DNA of 64,000 bases, from the NCBI RefSeq assembly GCF_009914755.1, contig NC_060928.1; one strand, written 5' to 3'. The position numbers and the translations under genes were made by a program. Shown piece by piece: positions 26,830 through 46,867 of this stretch. The notes below the pieces were generated by a model. It had not been told where the DNA came from, did not search any database, and saw only the letters and a program-made list of their open reading frames with translations. This DNA is from the human T2T-CHM13v2.0 reference genome, Homo sapiens. The number at the start of each line of letters is the position of its first letter. The stretch's first letter is position 1.

Positions 26830-27312
26830 TGTATTAGTTTCCTGTTGTTGCTGTAAAAAATTACCACCAACATAGTGGCCTACAACACCACAAACTTACT
26901 ATTTCATAGTCCCGACAATCAGACATAGGGCTTGCTGGGCTGAAGTCAGGTTGTCAGCAGGGCTGAATTCCTTTCTGGAGGTTCTCAGGGAGAATCTATC
27001 TTCTTGTTTGTTTCATCATCTAGAGGATGTTCACACACCTTTCATGTGGCCCCTTCCTCCATCTTCAAAACTCATAGTGGGAAGTTGGGGCCTGGCGAGG
27101 CATCATTCTCACTCCGTCTTCTGCCTCCCTCTTGACTTTCAGGATCCTTGTGATTGCCCTGAATCCACCCAAAGAATTCAGGATAATCTGCCATCTCAAG
27201 ATCCTTAACTTATCAGATCTGCAAAGCCCCTTTTGCCATGTAAGGTCACATTCACAGATACCAGGAATTCAAACACGGATACCTTGCAGGGGGCATTATT
27301 CTGCTTCCCACA
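26830..27312 (-). mobile_element. MaLR solo LTR (MLT1C/D-like)
   Basis: tgtattagtttcctgttgttgctgtaaaaaattaccac...gcaaagccccttttgccatgtaaggtcacattcacag...gggggcattattctgcttcccaca. Confidence 0.88.
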
Positions 27313-29854
27313 GAGACTATACTTGCCAAGAGCTTCTGTTCTACAAGGGAGAGCAATAAAAAATACAAGAAACACACGCATACACCATGCACATACGCAC
27401 GCAATGTGCAATATATAAATAATGCGCAGTGAATGGGACAGACAGCCAGAACAAAATCCCATGTGCCTGAAGAAATCATTCTATTGATCATTCATCAATT
27501 TCTTCTGTAAACATTCACTGAACCTGGAGTAGGTATAAAGCTCCATGGTTGACGGTCGATGCTGCAAACACAAACTTTTGTCCCTCTCTTTCAAATTCAT
27601 TTTTGAATTTGAATTAGATTTTTGTCCCTGTCTTTCAAATTCATTTCTATCAGGAGAGGTAGCAAGTATTTAAGTATCTATAACATGATGTGATCGCTGA
27701 TAAAGCATAAAAATGGGTTTATGATTTTGAACTCTTTATCAGTATCTCCTGTATCCTGAATTCAGTGTATGATTTTATTATTTCTGAAGCTCTGAGATGA
27801 GCATGTTCTTTTACTGCAGTCAACCATGCCACTGCATTGCACAGTCAGATATAAATGACTAAATCAGTGAACATTTCAGATTTAGGTTCAGCGGTCACCT
27901 AACTCGACAGCCACACCAGTTCCAAATCTATTTAGATTTTATACTGTTACAATCATATGTCAAAGTTACACTTTACATTTATACTTTAATCCCTGGAATT
28001 AAAATAATTTAAATATTGATATACATAAATCTACATTGTGCTCCTATGAAAAGGATTATGTCTTCTGAATATTGTTGGAGTGAGATTAAGATTATAGTAG
28101 ATTATAAAGGCGATGGTATTTTTCTGACACATTTAGATCAAAGGTCCAAAAGTTGGGAAGTGTGGAGAGCCAGAGAACACAGGAAGATTTTCTGTGATGT
28201 TAGGTGAGTAAAATATACCATACATTATTTATCTATGTATTCATGAAAGATAAAAGAAAATCACACATTAAATTATTCAGGTGTTGAAATGTGTATAAAG
28301 AATGTTACACTTTATAGGTAAATATGATTAGTCCAGAAATAGCTAAGATTTAATTCATAGCTAATTGAGCTGTGGATCCCTGCTTTCAAGCTCCTTAGGG
28401 AGATTTTCGTTGTTGTTCTATTTTGTTTACATCCATCCCTACTCCCCAGAAATTCTTGCTATGGAAGTTGATAGGGTGACGGTGTGGTGGAGGCAGGATC
28501 TAACTTCTATCTTTTCTTGTAGGTATTACTTGTAGATATTAGGATATCTACAGGATATTCATTGATGTTAATTAACTTTTTTCCTTGTTTAGAAACAAAA
28601 TGGTGTAATACAAGCTGGGAGCTCATAAAGAAGACATAAACTACTGTGCCTCCTCCCCAAAGCAGAAGGTCTGCCTTTTAGAGCATTTTATCTCTTTTAG
28701 TAATTATGAAATGCATTAAAAAAAACTTAAGGATGTTTATAAGTAATTCACATGAAAGAAACTGCGTGTAGAAAATAACCACATATGAAAATATTCGAAC
28801 TAGTTATTGAGGTACAAAGTTAAAATAATAACAAAAGGATTACAACATAAACCTGGTGAGGTTGTGGTAAAACAGATATACACAAATACTTTTAAGGAAA
28901 TCAACGTAGTGATTATTTCTTATTTTGAGAATTTCTAACTCTCTGGAAGTCTGTTAGGTGGGACTCTAAGCTCTTGGTAAATACCCTTACCAAACTGCAA
29001 TTCTCAAGTTTATGTTTAAGTGCTCTGAAGTTCTACAAGCCTTTTGAGAAACCATCATCTAATGTAAGACTTTTTAATTTCAGGGCATGAATTACAATTT
29101 TAGATGCCTGCAATTTCTATGTTTCAAAGACAATTCACTTCCAAGAAACAGAAGGGGTTGAGAGTCTGATTTTCATAAAATGTGGAGTAAGAGGAAAATT
29201 TGTAACTAACAATATATTAATGCCATTTAACATATTATCACTATTTAGCTGATGATTTTGCAACTCTGAAAAGAGAGAACTATATAACCAAGCACATGTT
29301 TTTAATTAGGTAAACTTAATTATATTAAAATTATTTACCATACTAGGATTTAAAAAATTTTTATCTAAACATGAAAATAGATAAATTCGTTGGCTAAATC
29401 TGGGTAGTTTTATGTGGTTCTGCTAGAGCTACTGTAATTCTGCTATATCTCAAAAATCCAAATGGAAATTCTATTATTCAGATACATAATAAACACCAAG
29501 AGTCATTAAACTTTAAACTTATCTGTATTCAGAAATCAGTAAATGCATTATGCTGACATACAAATGAATATGCTCCTAGGAGTGAGATAAACAAGACTGA
29601 TGATTTTATTTATGGTAAATAACCATTATATATAGCCAAAACAATGGAAGTAAAATATGCTTGACCTGTGATGGGGGTGATACTAGTTCAAGGTAGATCT
29701 TGTTGTTCTTGGTGAAGGGAATGCAAGTCGAATTAATTAATTAATTTTACTTTTATAAATTGGCATGACTTTCATTCTAATATGCCTTTTACTTATTTTC
29801 TCAAACTAATTTACTTGAATATTTTCTCTCTGATGACCTGTCTTGTGATTTCAA

Positions 29855-30330
29855 AGATTCATTTATTTCATATATACTTATTAGGTAACTACTACAGGCC
29901 AGATATTGTTCTAGGTGCTAGAAATAGACGAGTAAGGAGACAGAGAATAAACTTGATAGCTCGGGAAGGCCAACTAGTTTAGATTGGCCAGCCTGGAAGG
30001 CTGCCGTGAAAAAGTGATGATGGAGGTGAGTCCCAATTGAACAAAGCCGTGCGAAGATCTGGAATTAAAGAGGTCCAGGCCCAAGAACCACAGGGGCAAA
30101 AGCCCTAAGACAGGAATGAATTTTGATTGAACGAGTTTAGTGTGCTACGGTATCAGAAAGAAGGCTTTGTGGTAGGAGGGTGGTCAAAGAGAACAAGATG
30201 ATAGAGATGAGGTCACAGAAAGAGGCAGGGTCAGATTATGTGGGACTTTCTAAACCACGGCAAATGGCTTCCGTTTTATCCTTAGTGCAATGTCAAGACA
30301 TTGAAAGATTTTAGCCAATGATATAATTTA
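29855..30330 (-). mobile_element. L2 fragment
   Basis: attcatttatttcatatatacttattaggtaactactacaggccagatattgttctaggtgctag...gatgaggtcacagaaagaggcagggtcagattatg. Confidence 0.75.
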
Positions 30331-31379
30331 CTCTGTTTTTCCTAAATGCATTTTCCAGCTGCCAACATGGTCTCAAAACACCATGAAAATTTTTGATCCT
30401 CTTATAAATAGGCATTTTTTCTTCCACTTCTACCTACCAAATTTTTAATAACTTGACCAAGACTTCAGTCACCCTACCTTGCAGTAGATGCTAAGTGCTA
30501 GAGAAACAAGGATGACCAAGACAGACCCCACTCCTGCTGTTACAGAGCTTTGGATCAAGCAATTCTTAGCATCATTAATTCACCAATTAAGGGCATGCAA
30601 GATGTGTGTCATGGCTCCATCTTGTCTCTCCTGTTTCCCCATTGTCTGACACACAATAATGAATAAGTCAATGCAATAAATATGTGAATTTATAGGTCTC
30701 AAGTCATAGAAGCTTACATGTAAACCTGATAGAATTCATCTCATTTAATTGAACCCATTACTTCGACATATTCAGGTTATTTTGGATCTTGATTCTGTCA
30801 GTGATACTATGGGCTATTTCTTCTAGATGTGTGTCTTTCATGGTGACAAAACTCTTTCGACTTTGATCTAAAGTACTGACAATAACATTGTATAGGAGAA
30901 GTCCAGAGCAATGGAGACCTCCTTCTAACTGGACTTCTTAACATGAATCAAACACCCTGTAAGTATGAAATTGAAATCCTTTAAGGACTTCCATAATAAG
31001 TCCATGCTGTGTTACTAATGGCTTGTAAAGATAGTACAGAGTCCATGTGGAGAGAGTGAGGTGTCAGAGAAAGACCTGAGCTAAGGGATGCAGAGATGTT
31101 AATCAGGCACAGAGGGCGCAGCAAGAGAGTGGTCCCGGCAGAAGCAACAGCATTAGTTAGAGAAGGTGGTATATTCCCGTGATCTAGGCTGCTGCCTTGG
31201 TCAGGTGTTATATATTTATACCTTGGAGGATCTCATCTGGATGAGCTACTCCATTACATAGAGCTCCTGCTCTCTCCTTATGATGATACAATAGTCTTTT
31301 AGTTATTAAAACTTTAAGATGTAGTTTACGTCTGACAGATTTATTTTTGCCCTCTGTATTACTCTTTTATGTCAGCATT

Positions 31380-32630
31380 TTCATAACTGTACTCTGTTTT
31401 TTATTCTTCATATGAACCTTAAAATAATTATGTTAAATTCAAAAAAGAAATAGGGAGAGAAATTGATTCAAATTAAATTAAATGTACTAAGAAAAAGTTG
31501 GCATCTTTAAAATATCCAATCTTCCTATAAAGGAATACGAAATGTATGTCCAGTTGTTTAAATCTTTATTTTTATCTTTAAGAAATTCCATAGTTTTTCT
31601 TTGTTCTTTCTTTTAGAAAAAGGGTCTCACTCTGTCACCTGGGCTAGAGCGCAGTAATGCAATCATAGCTCACTGTAACCTCAAACTCCTGGGCTCAAAG
31701 AATCCTCCTGCCTCAGACACCCAGGTGGGCTGAGAACACAGGTGCCACCATGACAGGCTAAATTTTTTACTTCTTTATAGAGACAGGGTCCAGCTGGTCT
31801 TGAACTCCTGGCCTCAGTAGATCCTCCTGCCTTGGCTTCCCAAAAGGCTGGGATTACAGGCATGAGCCATAGTGCCTGGCCAACAAATATGTTGCACCCT
31901 CTGAAGTTTGTAGTTTTCTATATTTGGATACTTAACATTTCTTAAGATCCTTGAATATTTTAGTTATGCTAAATGGTTAATGGAATTTTAAAACTTGTAT
32001 TTCTATTTGTAACCCAGGCATTTAACTGAATATTCATTAATATTAATAGCTTTTGGGGAATGTTTTAAAAAGTTTTCTAGGCAAAATAATCCACTATTCC
32101 CAAATATTGATATTTTTGTTCCCTTTCTCCTTACCTATATATAGATTCTCCTTTCCTATATATAGTCCTGTTCTAACCATTGCAATAACATGAGAATATA
32201 TATATTCTTATATATATATAGCAATAACTTTGCAATAACATGAGAAAATATATATATTTATATATATATATGTATAACAGAACTTTCAGAAAAATTTTAA
32301 ATAATGAGGGAAGTAGCGAGCATTCTTTTTTCTCCTTGATAGTTTTAGGGAATGTATCTAGGACTAGGGGAAGTACTAAATGTTGATTTGAGATCTTGTT
32401 ACTTGCTATGGAAAGAAAAACAAACTATTATCCTATTCCTTGGTTTTATGACTTTTTTCTTTTTAATCCTGATAAATGTCTAATTTGACTGTATGCCTTT
32501 TCAGTAATAAAGCAATTTTCCTTTAGAAAACGATTCATTAATATATTTTCAATTATCGAACACCTTTTGCACTCCTAGTATAAACCTTACTTTCTCTTAT
32601 GCACACATATACCACATTTTTGGATAAATT
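31380..32630 (-). mobile_element. Ancient L1 (L1M/L1ME) fragment, interrupted by an AluJ and a TA-rich patch
   Basis: Antisense ORF2-like motifs (ttggcatctttaaaatatccaatcttccta; gagcattcttttttctccttgatagttttaggggaatg). Confidence 0.6.
31593..31880 (-). mobile_element. AluJ
   Basis: agggtctcactctgtcacc...atcatagctcactgtaacctcaaactcctgggctcaa...gggattacaggcatgagccatagtgcctggcc. Confidence 0.92.
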
Positions 32631-35159
32631 TAACTTATGAATTAATTCATTCCTTTCACAAATGTCAGTGAAAGCAGTGCTCTATTTGAGCCACTTGCTG
32701 GATGCTAAGTTAGAAAGATAAGGCCAGCAAAAGGTTTAGTCCAGTAATTCCCAGCAGCATCTCCTAATCCCAATGGATTCCTGAAGGTCTTCAAATGCAA
32801 CTTTAGCTAGTTCTATATTTTTTAAAAAAATCATTAAAAAGGAACATACTTAACATGTTTCTCTGATTCGAGTAGGATGATCCCGGTTATGGTAATACTG
32901 ATTAGCTCTTGATTAGTGATCATGAATGGCACTTAACAGATGTGGGAAAAAATAAAATATAAAATGCTGACAATTATTTAATAAAAGTAATGAGGTTATC
33001 CATGATTATATTCCACACCTTCCTTTTAATAGGAGAGAAATTCCATGATCAGAGAAGTAAAACTACATAGCTTACTTGGAGTTAGGGTGGAATAAAATGG
33101 AACACTTTTTGTTTTTGATCAACCAATGTTGGTTAATTTCTATGTCTTGATTTAATTATAATTAGTTTTTAAGTCACATTAGTAATACATGTGCAAAAAA
33201 CAAAAAAACAAAAAAAACACCATATTACTCTCACAGGTACTCACTAGCTCGTCACAATAAATTTGATTCTTTTCTCCAGGTGTTGAGTTAGACCTTACAG
33301 AATTATCAAACTCCCTTTTAGCTCAGTGCTGTCTTATGACAGAGTTGTGGCCAGTGCCTAATGGACACTTCCATTGTTTTCATTTTGTTCAACAGAATAG
33401 ATGTCAAGAAGGGAAATCCCACTTCCAGACAGGCCAGTAAAATCATTCTGTGTGTAGCTGGTGCACTATCTCCCTATCTCTGACATCCAGACACTGAAGA
33501 CACAGTGGGCAGATTCCAGAGACCTCCCCGCCCTGCTCACTGCCCTAAGGATGGAGGAGTCAGGAAATGGAGGAGCCTCTGGTTTCCTAAGTTACCACCA
33601 GGAGGGGGAACTGCCACATTTGGGAAGAACTCATTTGGACTTTGGAGCAAAAAATACCTTTCTATGGTGTTAAGACATTGGAATATCAAACTTTATTTGT
33701 TTAAACTGCTAGGGTTAAGTAAAACAGTTACCAGTAAGTGTAGGTTCCCTGACCACCCTATACCCACCAATCTCAGTGCCTTCACCACTTCCTAGGTCAC
33801 CTTTTTATCAATGTTCCCTAGCCTTTAGATTTTTAAATTATTTTGTTTCATTGTATTTTGTGTTTATTTACACAAAGTTATATTAAATGTATCTATATGG
33901 TAGGATTTTTCTTTTATTAGTCAATAATACGCTTTCAGCTTTAAATATGTTAGTGTACATAAGAAGACTCATTTGTTGATTTTAAATGCAGCATTGTATT
34001 CTAGAGTATGGCTCTATCAAAATTATCTAGATATTCCCATGTTGAGGGACATCAGAGATTGTTTTACATTCTTTTCTCAACAGGGTAGAAAGGGAAATAT
34101 ATATTTTATTTTACTAGGTACCAGAAATTGTCCTTCAAAATGCTGTTACCAATTTGCTTCCTTATCAGCCCTGATAGTACCTGTTTCACCCACAACTTTC
34201 ACCAACACTTAATATTGTCAAGTTTTTAATTTTTTGCCATTTAGATCATAAAGCATGTCCCTCACAAAGTGACAGCCCTCAAGTACTCAAAAGTTTATCT
34301 GCATGTAAATGATAAAGGTAAATAATTAATGACAGGCATCCAGCTCATGTGGTTATTGCTCCAAGTGACTAATTTACATTTGACCTTTTCAGATGGTTTG
34401 CAGTTTTCTACTCAAAATCCATTCACTTGGCTGTATGGAAAAATTACTCCAGACTAGAGAAGTAGAAAAGAAAATCTACTCCTTTATTTTTCAAAGTTGC
34501 CAAACTCTAAGAGTTCTTATAAAATTATTTCAATATGTTTTATCAGGACTTCTCCAACTCAAACCAATGGGGACACCCTAAGTCATTGAATTTTGTGTTT
34601 TAGTATCAACACGATTCATCTGGGTTAGAGAAATGTTGCCAGAGAAACAGACATATGTGTGTAATTTCCAGTTTAACCTAAACCAGGAATCATCAACCGT
34701 TAGCAATTCTAAGAGTGGTGAGAGAGGTGATTTCCTTTCTGTAGAGAGAAGGCAGACTTGGGTAAAACTGGTCCTTTCCTCAGGGTTGGATATTATACAA
34801 GACATTCCTTCTAAAGTGTTAAGCAGTTACTAAAATAGAAGCTAATAAAACATGACCCTTGAAAGGGGATTTTGAAGTCAAAAGAAAGGTTTGTAGAATT
34901 AAAATAATAAACTGGCTCTCCCCCACACCCTTTTCTCAATGCCATTTCAATCTCATCTACTTCCTCAGTGCTGCCATGCACTTGCATTCTTTGAAACCTT
35001 TGCTCATTCAGCATCCGCCACCCAGGGGGGCCTTGCTTCATCTCTTCTGTTTTATCCAAACTCATAGGCATCCTCAAGTCTCAAGCTCCAGAACCATCCT
35101 CCTTGCCCTTTTGTCTCTCATTCTCTCCTTTGTATTCTTAAAGTGTTCATAAACTTGAG

Positions 35160-35370
35160 CACTGCCTTGAAAGTTTCTGATTCACACACTGGCTGTGCTA
35201 CTTACTCATACTGTGACCTTGAAGAAATGATTTATGCTCTCTAAACCCTAGTTTCTTCAGCTGCAAAATGGCAATACAACAATAACTGCTTCAGTGGGCA
35301 GTTGCAAATATTAATAACACTATGCACGTGAAGTGCTTAGCACAATGCCTGACACATGTTAGCTCTACTT
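35160..35370 (+). mobile_element. MIR
   Basis: ctgtgaccttgaagaaatgatttatgctctctaaaccctagtttcttcagctgcaaaatgg...gtgaagtgcttagcacaatgcctgacacat. Confidence 0.8.
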
Positions 35371-36673
35371 ATCACTCCCATAATACCCTGTTTATGCACA
35401 GATTTGGGACTCATCACACTGCATTGTAATCATCAATTTTATTGTCTTTCCTTCAGTGACTGTAGTTCCCTGAAGGCAGAGAACGTTTCTTGATCATTTC
35501 AGTATCATGGCACATTTGTGATGTAAATAGCTACTTATGAGATGTTTGGCAAGTGGATAAATGTGGACTTGGCACGCCTATTTGGACAGTCTGCGAATCT
35601 CAAACCTGTTATGCATACGCACGGGTTTCTAACACAGAGGTAAGGCCACTTTCATTTCAGGTTCAAGAGAATCAAGACCACAAAAAAGGGGAAATAAGGT
35701 TTTAGGGCCCTGCATCTGGAATTTTCATATCTCAATGTTCTAGTTCAGAACATGGTTTCTGGTTTAGAGTAATCACTTTAAAAGATTCATTTTTAAAGTT
35801 AATTTTGAGTTCTGCTAGTAAAAAATAAAGTCTCCTATCTAAGACAACTTAGTTTTGATGGGGTTTCTACCTTACCATACTGTATGTGTGTGATTCACAA
35901 ACATCCGACTCCATACAGAAAATCACACTTCTTCAAAAAAAAAAAAAAAAAAAAAAGACTATTTGCATGCCAGGTCAGCATTCCAGGGGCATTTTACAGG
36001 AAGTAAAAGTCCTTGGAAATGAGAAGCAGTAAAAAAAGGGTCAGATTCACATTCCTCGGGAGTCCACAGGGGGCTGTGCTTCTGACCCTTGGATTGTCTA
36101 CAAGAAAAGGAACAACCGTTCCAACAGAGAATTAATGTTGCATAGGCTCTCAGGCAGCAGGACGGAACAGCCCAATTATACCCACCCATGTCTGAAACAT
36201 TGCCTGGGCACCAGCTGTGGGGTATGACATTCTGTGTGCAGGTTTTCGGCAAGAGAAAGCGGCCTCTGCGCATTCTATGGGTTCTGAAATGGCCCTGGTC
36301 AACCTGATCCTTGGACCTAGGTGCCAATGCTTACAGCAGCACGTCACTAATGTCTCTCATAGGTTAAAACACACATAACAAGCGCACCGGACTTTCCGCT
36401 ATTATCCCATCATTCTTCCTTGAAGCTGTCCCATCACCTTTCAGTGGGGGACTGGGGCTCCATTCCTAAAGATGAATGACATCTCTGAACGGTCTGCACT
36501 CCATCACCTCCAGGACGAGAGGAGGGCTTCTGACAGGGAGAGAGGAACACCAGACATCTGCTGGACCACACGAGTCAGGAGCAGGGCTGCTCCATTGCAG
36601 GTCACAGCTCAGGCTTCTCTCTCTGGCTTCATTCTCTCTCTTCTGTCATTATTAAAAACTAATAAGAAGGTCT

Positions 36674-43481
<6,808 letters not shown>

Positions 43482-43559
43482 AAGAAGGTCTAGGGAACCC
43501 TCCTGGGATTCGTCCTCCCAAGGCTCCTTAGGCCTGAGCCTCTGCCAGGAGTGGGCCAT

Positions 43560-43760
43560 GGGGTCAAGAGTGGGGACCTGGAGCAGCCCTGCCTAGGACT
43601 TGACTCCGTGCTCTGCCTTATGGTAGCTGTGTAACCTTGGGCAAGTTCCTTAATCACTCTGGTCTCAGGTCTCTTGTTGGATAAATGGGAATTAGAACAG
43701 AAGCAACCTCATGGGGATGTTGTACAGATGGTATAAAACCATCCATGAAATGCTCTTGCC
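43560..43760 (+). mobile_element. MIR
   Basis: tagctgtgtaaccttgggcaagttccttaatcactctggtctcagg. Confidence 0.75.
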
Positions 43761-45859
43761 TCAGGCGAACTCTACCCCCTTACCCTAATTAACTTTTCTT
43801 CCTAACATTCATGGATACTCACATTATATACTAGTTACTGTATCAACCATTCCCCCACAAGAATACAAGCTCCAGAAAGGGAAGAACCATGTCTTTTTGT
43901 TACTGGTTATTCTCTCAGAATGCGTAGTAGGCATTTCATAAATAAACATCTGTTGGATGACTGAATTTTGCACTGGCACATATCAAGATAATGTGTTGAC
44001 TACTGTTAGTTATTTTATAATTTTATTATTATTAACTTGCCATAAAGATTAAATAACACAGAAAACACCTGATTCCCAGTGTGTGTTCAATACATAGGGA
44101 ATAAATGCTAGCAAAAGAGAAAGGGAGAGATGGAGGATGAATGGAAAGAAGGAAAGAAGGGTCAATGCATTCCCAAGCAGAGGTGCTGAGAATAAAATCA
44201 ACTTGATGTCCAGGTAGGCAGTGGGGCAAAGGGGTGGTTGGTGTCAGGAGAGTGAGGAGATGGAAACAGCCACCTGAGTCTCTGGCCAATAACCCATTTT
44301 GAGTGAATTGTAGGTTGGGGAGACAAGGCCACCAAGAGAAACTGTGTTTCCTAAGAGTGACTTGAGGCTGCCCTGGTGCTGTATGACTCTGCATTTGGGG
44401 TCTGGAGACATCTTCTGTATCAGAACCTACTCCTTTTGCTATTTCCCAGAGCTAGGAGACCAGGGACATAGAGCTTGGCTGCCTCCTCGAGTAAAAGTCC
44501 CCTGACACCACCCCATGTCAATATAAATGTATTATGTACCTAGGCAGGTCAGGGTAATCTAGATCAAGTTCTCCTGTCTGTTATTATTTTCTCAAATCTT
44601 TGGAAACTCTTGGTATTATTTTTATAGTTTGCATTCAAATGATTGTTAGTATGTACCTTGCTACATAATAACATCTCTTCAATTATCCTACTCTTTATCC
44701 CTCTATCTTTCCCTCCTCCCCTTTCCTCTCCCCCAAGGATTTTGTTATTAGAATTTCACCCTCTCCTCAGAGGGAACATTTTAACAGCATGGGTTTATGG
44801 CAACCGTAAAGAAGGAAGTTGGAAAGGCAAAGCCGGACGTGATCCCCAGTTTTATAACAAACTCCTGTCAAAACATAACAAACCCCAGCCAGACATGAGC
44901 TGCAGTGACAGAATGCAAGACCATAAAGATGATGGAGATCAGATGGGACAGGCACTTTATAGAAACAAACACCTTCCTTGCAAACAGATAGGGCGAGTGG
45001 AATACTGAAAACCCTCCCCGGGAAAAAAAAAATGGTAGGAAGAAATAAGAACAAAAACATAAAATTCAAATGACAGCCCAGCCCAAGGAGATAAACTCGA
45101 GGCAGACAATCCAATTTTACTAAATCAAGTCGACATCTCCTCCTGACCTTAATTGACCACAGTAAGCTGGATCCTGAACAAATATAAAATTAAGAAGTGA
45201 TTAACACCCAGTGGAGAAATGGACCATTCAAGTGTAGGTGTTGGAAGTTTCACTCTCGGGACACACTCGGTTTTGTATAGAAAACGTGAAATCATCCATT
45301 CCCTTGGGGATGGCTGCCAAGGAGCCATAGCACCGCAAGAGGTCAGAGATTCAGTGTTCCTAAGAGCTACACATGGAAGGTTTTGTAACTGTTTAGATCC
45401 TGCACTGTGTCCAAACACAAATTCAGGTTTCTATGGTATTGTCATTATCAGAAAGAAGTATGCAGAAGAAGAAGAAGTGAAACTAATATATGCAGCTTAC
45501 TGGGATGCCAAGACACATAGGAAGATTTTTTCTACTATTAAATTGGAAGCATGATAAATGGAGAGAAGGAGGAACACTAACCTGGCCTGTATTGATGGAG
45601 TCCTTTAGATGTTAGGGGTGGGTGCTTTGAGAAGTCTTCCTATAGTCTCTCTGGCTTTCCTCTGCTGAGCATTCTTTCTGACTGCTCTTCTGTCTTGTAT
45701 TTTTCTGGATAATTCTTTCTTTTTTTGAGCTCCCAACTTGGGAACTACTTCCTCCAGGGTGCCTTCTCTGATTTCCACAGGCCAATTCTGTTAGGCGCAC
45801 CTCCTGCAAATTCCATTAACTACGTACACTTGTCTATTACAGCATTTTTCACACTACAG

Positions 45860-46040
45860 TGATCCTCACACTTAGACTACACCTGGGGAGGAGCAGGTTA
45901 AGATAACGATTCCCAGGCCTCACCCCCAGCAGCTTCCATTTTCACTGGACCGGGATAAGCCTAGCGTCTGACACTTCTAACAAGTGTCCCAGGTGCTTTG
46001 GAGGCAGGTGATCCCCAGATCAGATTCAGAGACACTCTGC
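45860..46040. mobile_element. MER5-type hAT DNA transposon relic within L2 remnants
   Basis: gattcccaggcctcaccccc...cacttctaacaagtgtcccaggtgctttggaggcaggtgatcc. Confidence 0.6.
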
Positions 46041-46168
46041 TTTATTTGAATTGTCTTCATGGCCTATTAGTGTGTGGGTTCCATGAGGACAGACACCCTA
46101 TCTGCCTTGTTCGCATTCATGCTCATAGGACTTGTCAGGGCACCCAGCACCTAATAAGAGTGATGCCT

Positions 46169-46285
46169 TGTATATATGTATATATGTATGAATGTATATG
46201 TGTGTACATATGTGCATGTGTGTTTGTGTATGTGTGTATATACACATATGTGTACATACATACACATATCCACACGCACATATAC
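46169..46285. repeat. Degenerate (TG)n/(TA)n/(CA)n alternating purine-pyrimidine tract
   Basis: tgtatatatgtatatatgtatg...tgtgtgtatatacacatatgtgtacatacatacacata. Confidence 0.85.
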
Positions 46286-46457
46286 AGTTATTGACTGAAC
46301 GTGACATGGAGTTGTGTTTGGTAGGTGACAGAATCTGCTCTGCTCTGTTCAACAGAGAGGACAGTGCGGCCGATTCAGGTATGGAATACTGGAAGGAGGT
46401 GCAGTGTTCCATAGCCTCCAGTTGCCATCACAGATTTTCTCTGTGAGGGTTTCCAGG

Positions 46458-46867
46458 TGATATGGTGTGGCTCTGTGTCCCCACCCAAATCTCATGTTGA
46501 ATTGTAATCTTCAGTGTTGGAAGAGGGGCCTGGTGGGAGGTAAAGGAATCACAGGGGTGGATTTCTCCCTGCTGTTCTCATGATAGTCAGTTCTCACGAG
46601 AGATCTGGTTAAGAGTGTGGTCAGTTCTCACGAGAGATCTGGTTAAGAGTGTGTAGCACCTCCCCCATCAGTCTCTTCCTCCTGCTCCAGCCGTGTAGGA
46701 CATGCTGGCTTCCCCTTCGACTTTCGCCATGATTGTAAGTTTCCTGAGGCCTCCTCAGTCATGCTTCCTGTACAGCTTGCTGAACCATGAGCCAATTAAA
46801 CCTCTTTTCTTTATAAATTACCCAGTCTCAGGTAGTTCTTTATAGCAATGTGAGAATGGACTAATAA
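46458..46867 (+). mobile_element. MaLR solo LTR (MSTA/MSTB-like)
   Basis: tgatatggtgtggctctgtgtccccacccaaatctcatgttgaattgtaatc...gagaatggactaata; 5-bp TSD CCAGG at 46453-46457 and 46868-46872. Confidence 0.95.

Noticed and set aside
35935-35956. Isolated poly-A run as a retrocopy tail
   Set aside because: No upstream SINE or mRNA body and no clear TSD.
46586-46653. Direct repeats of CRISPR-like length (also 1172-1219 and 27576-27646)
   Set aside because: Only two copies each, no spacer series, no cas genes, human intron.
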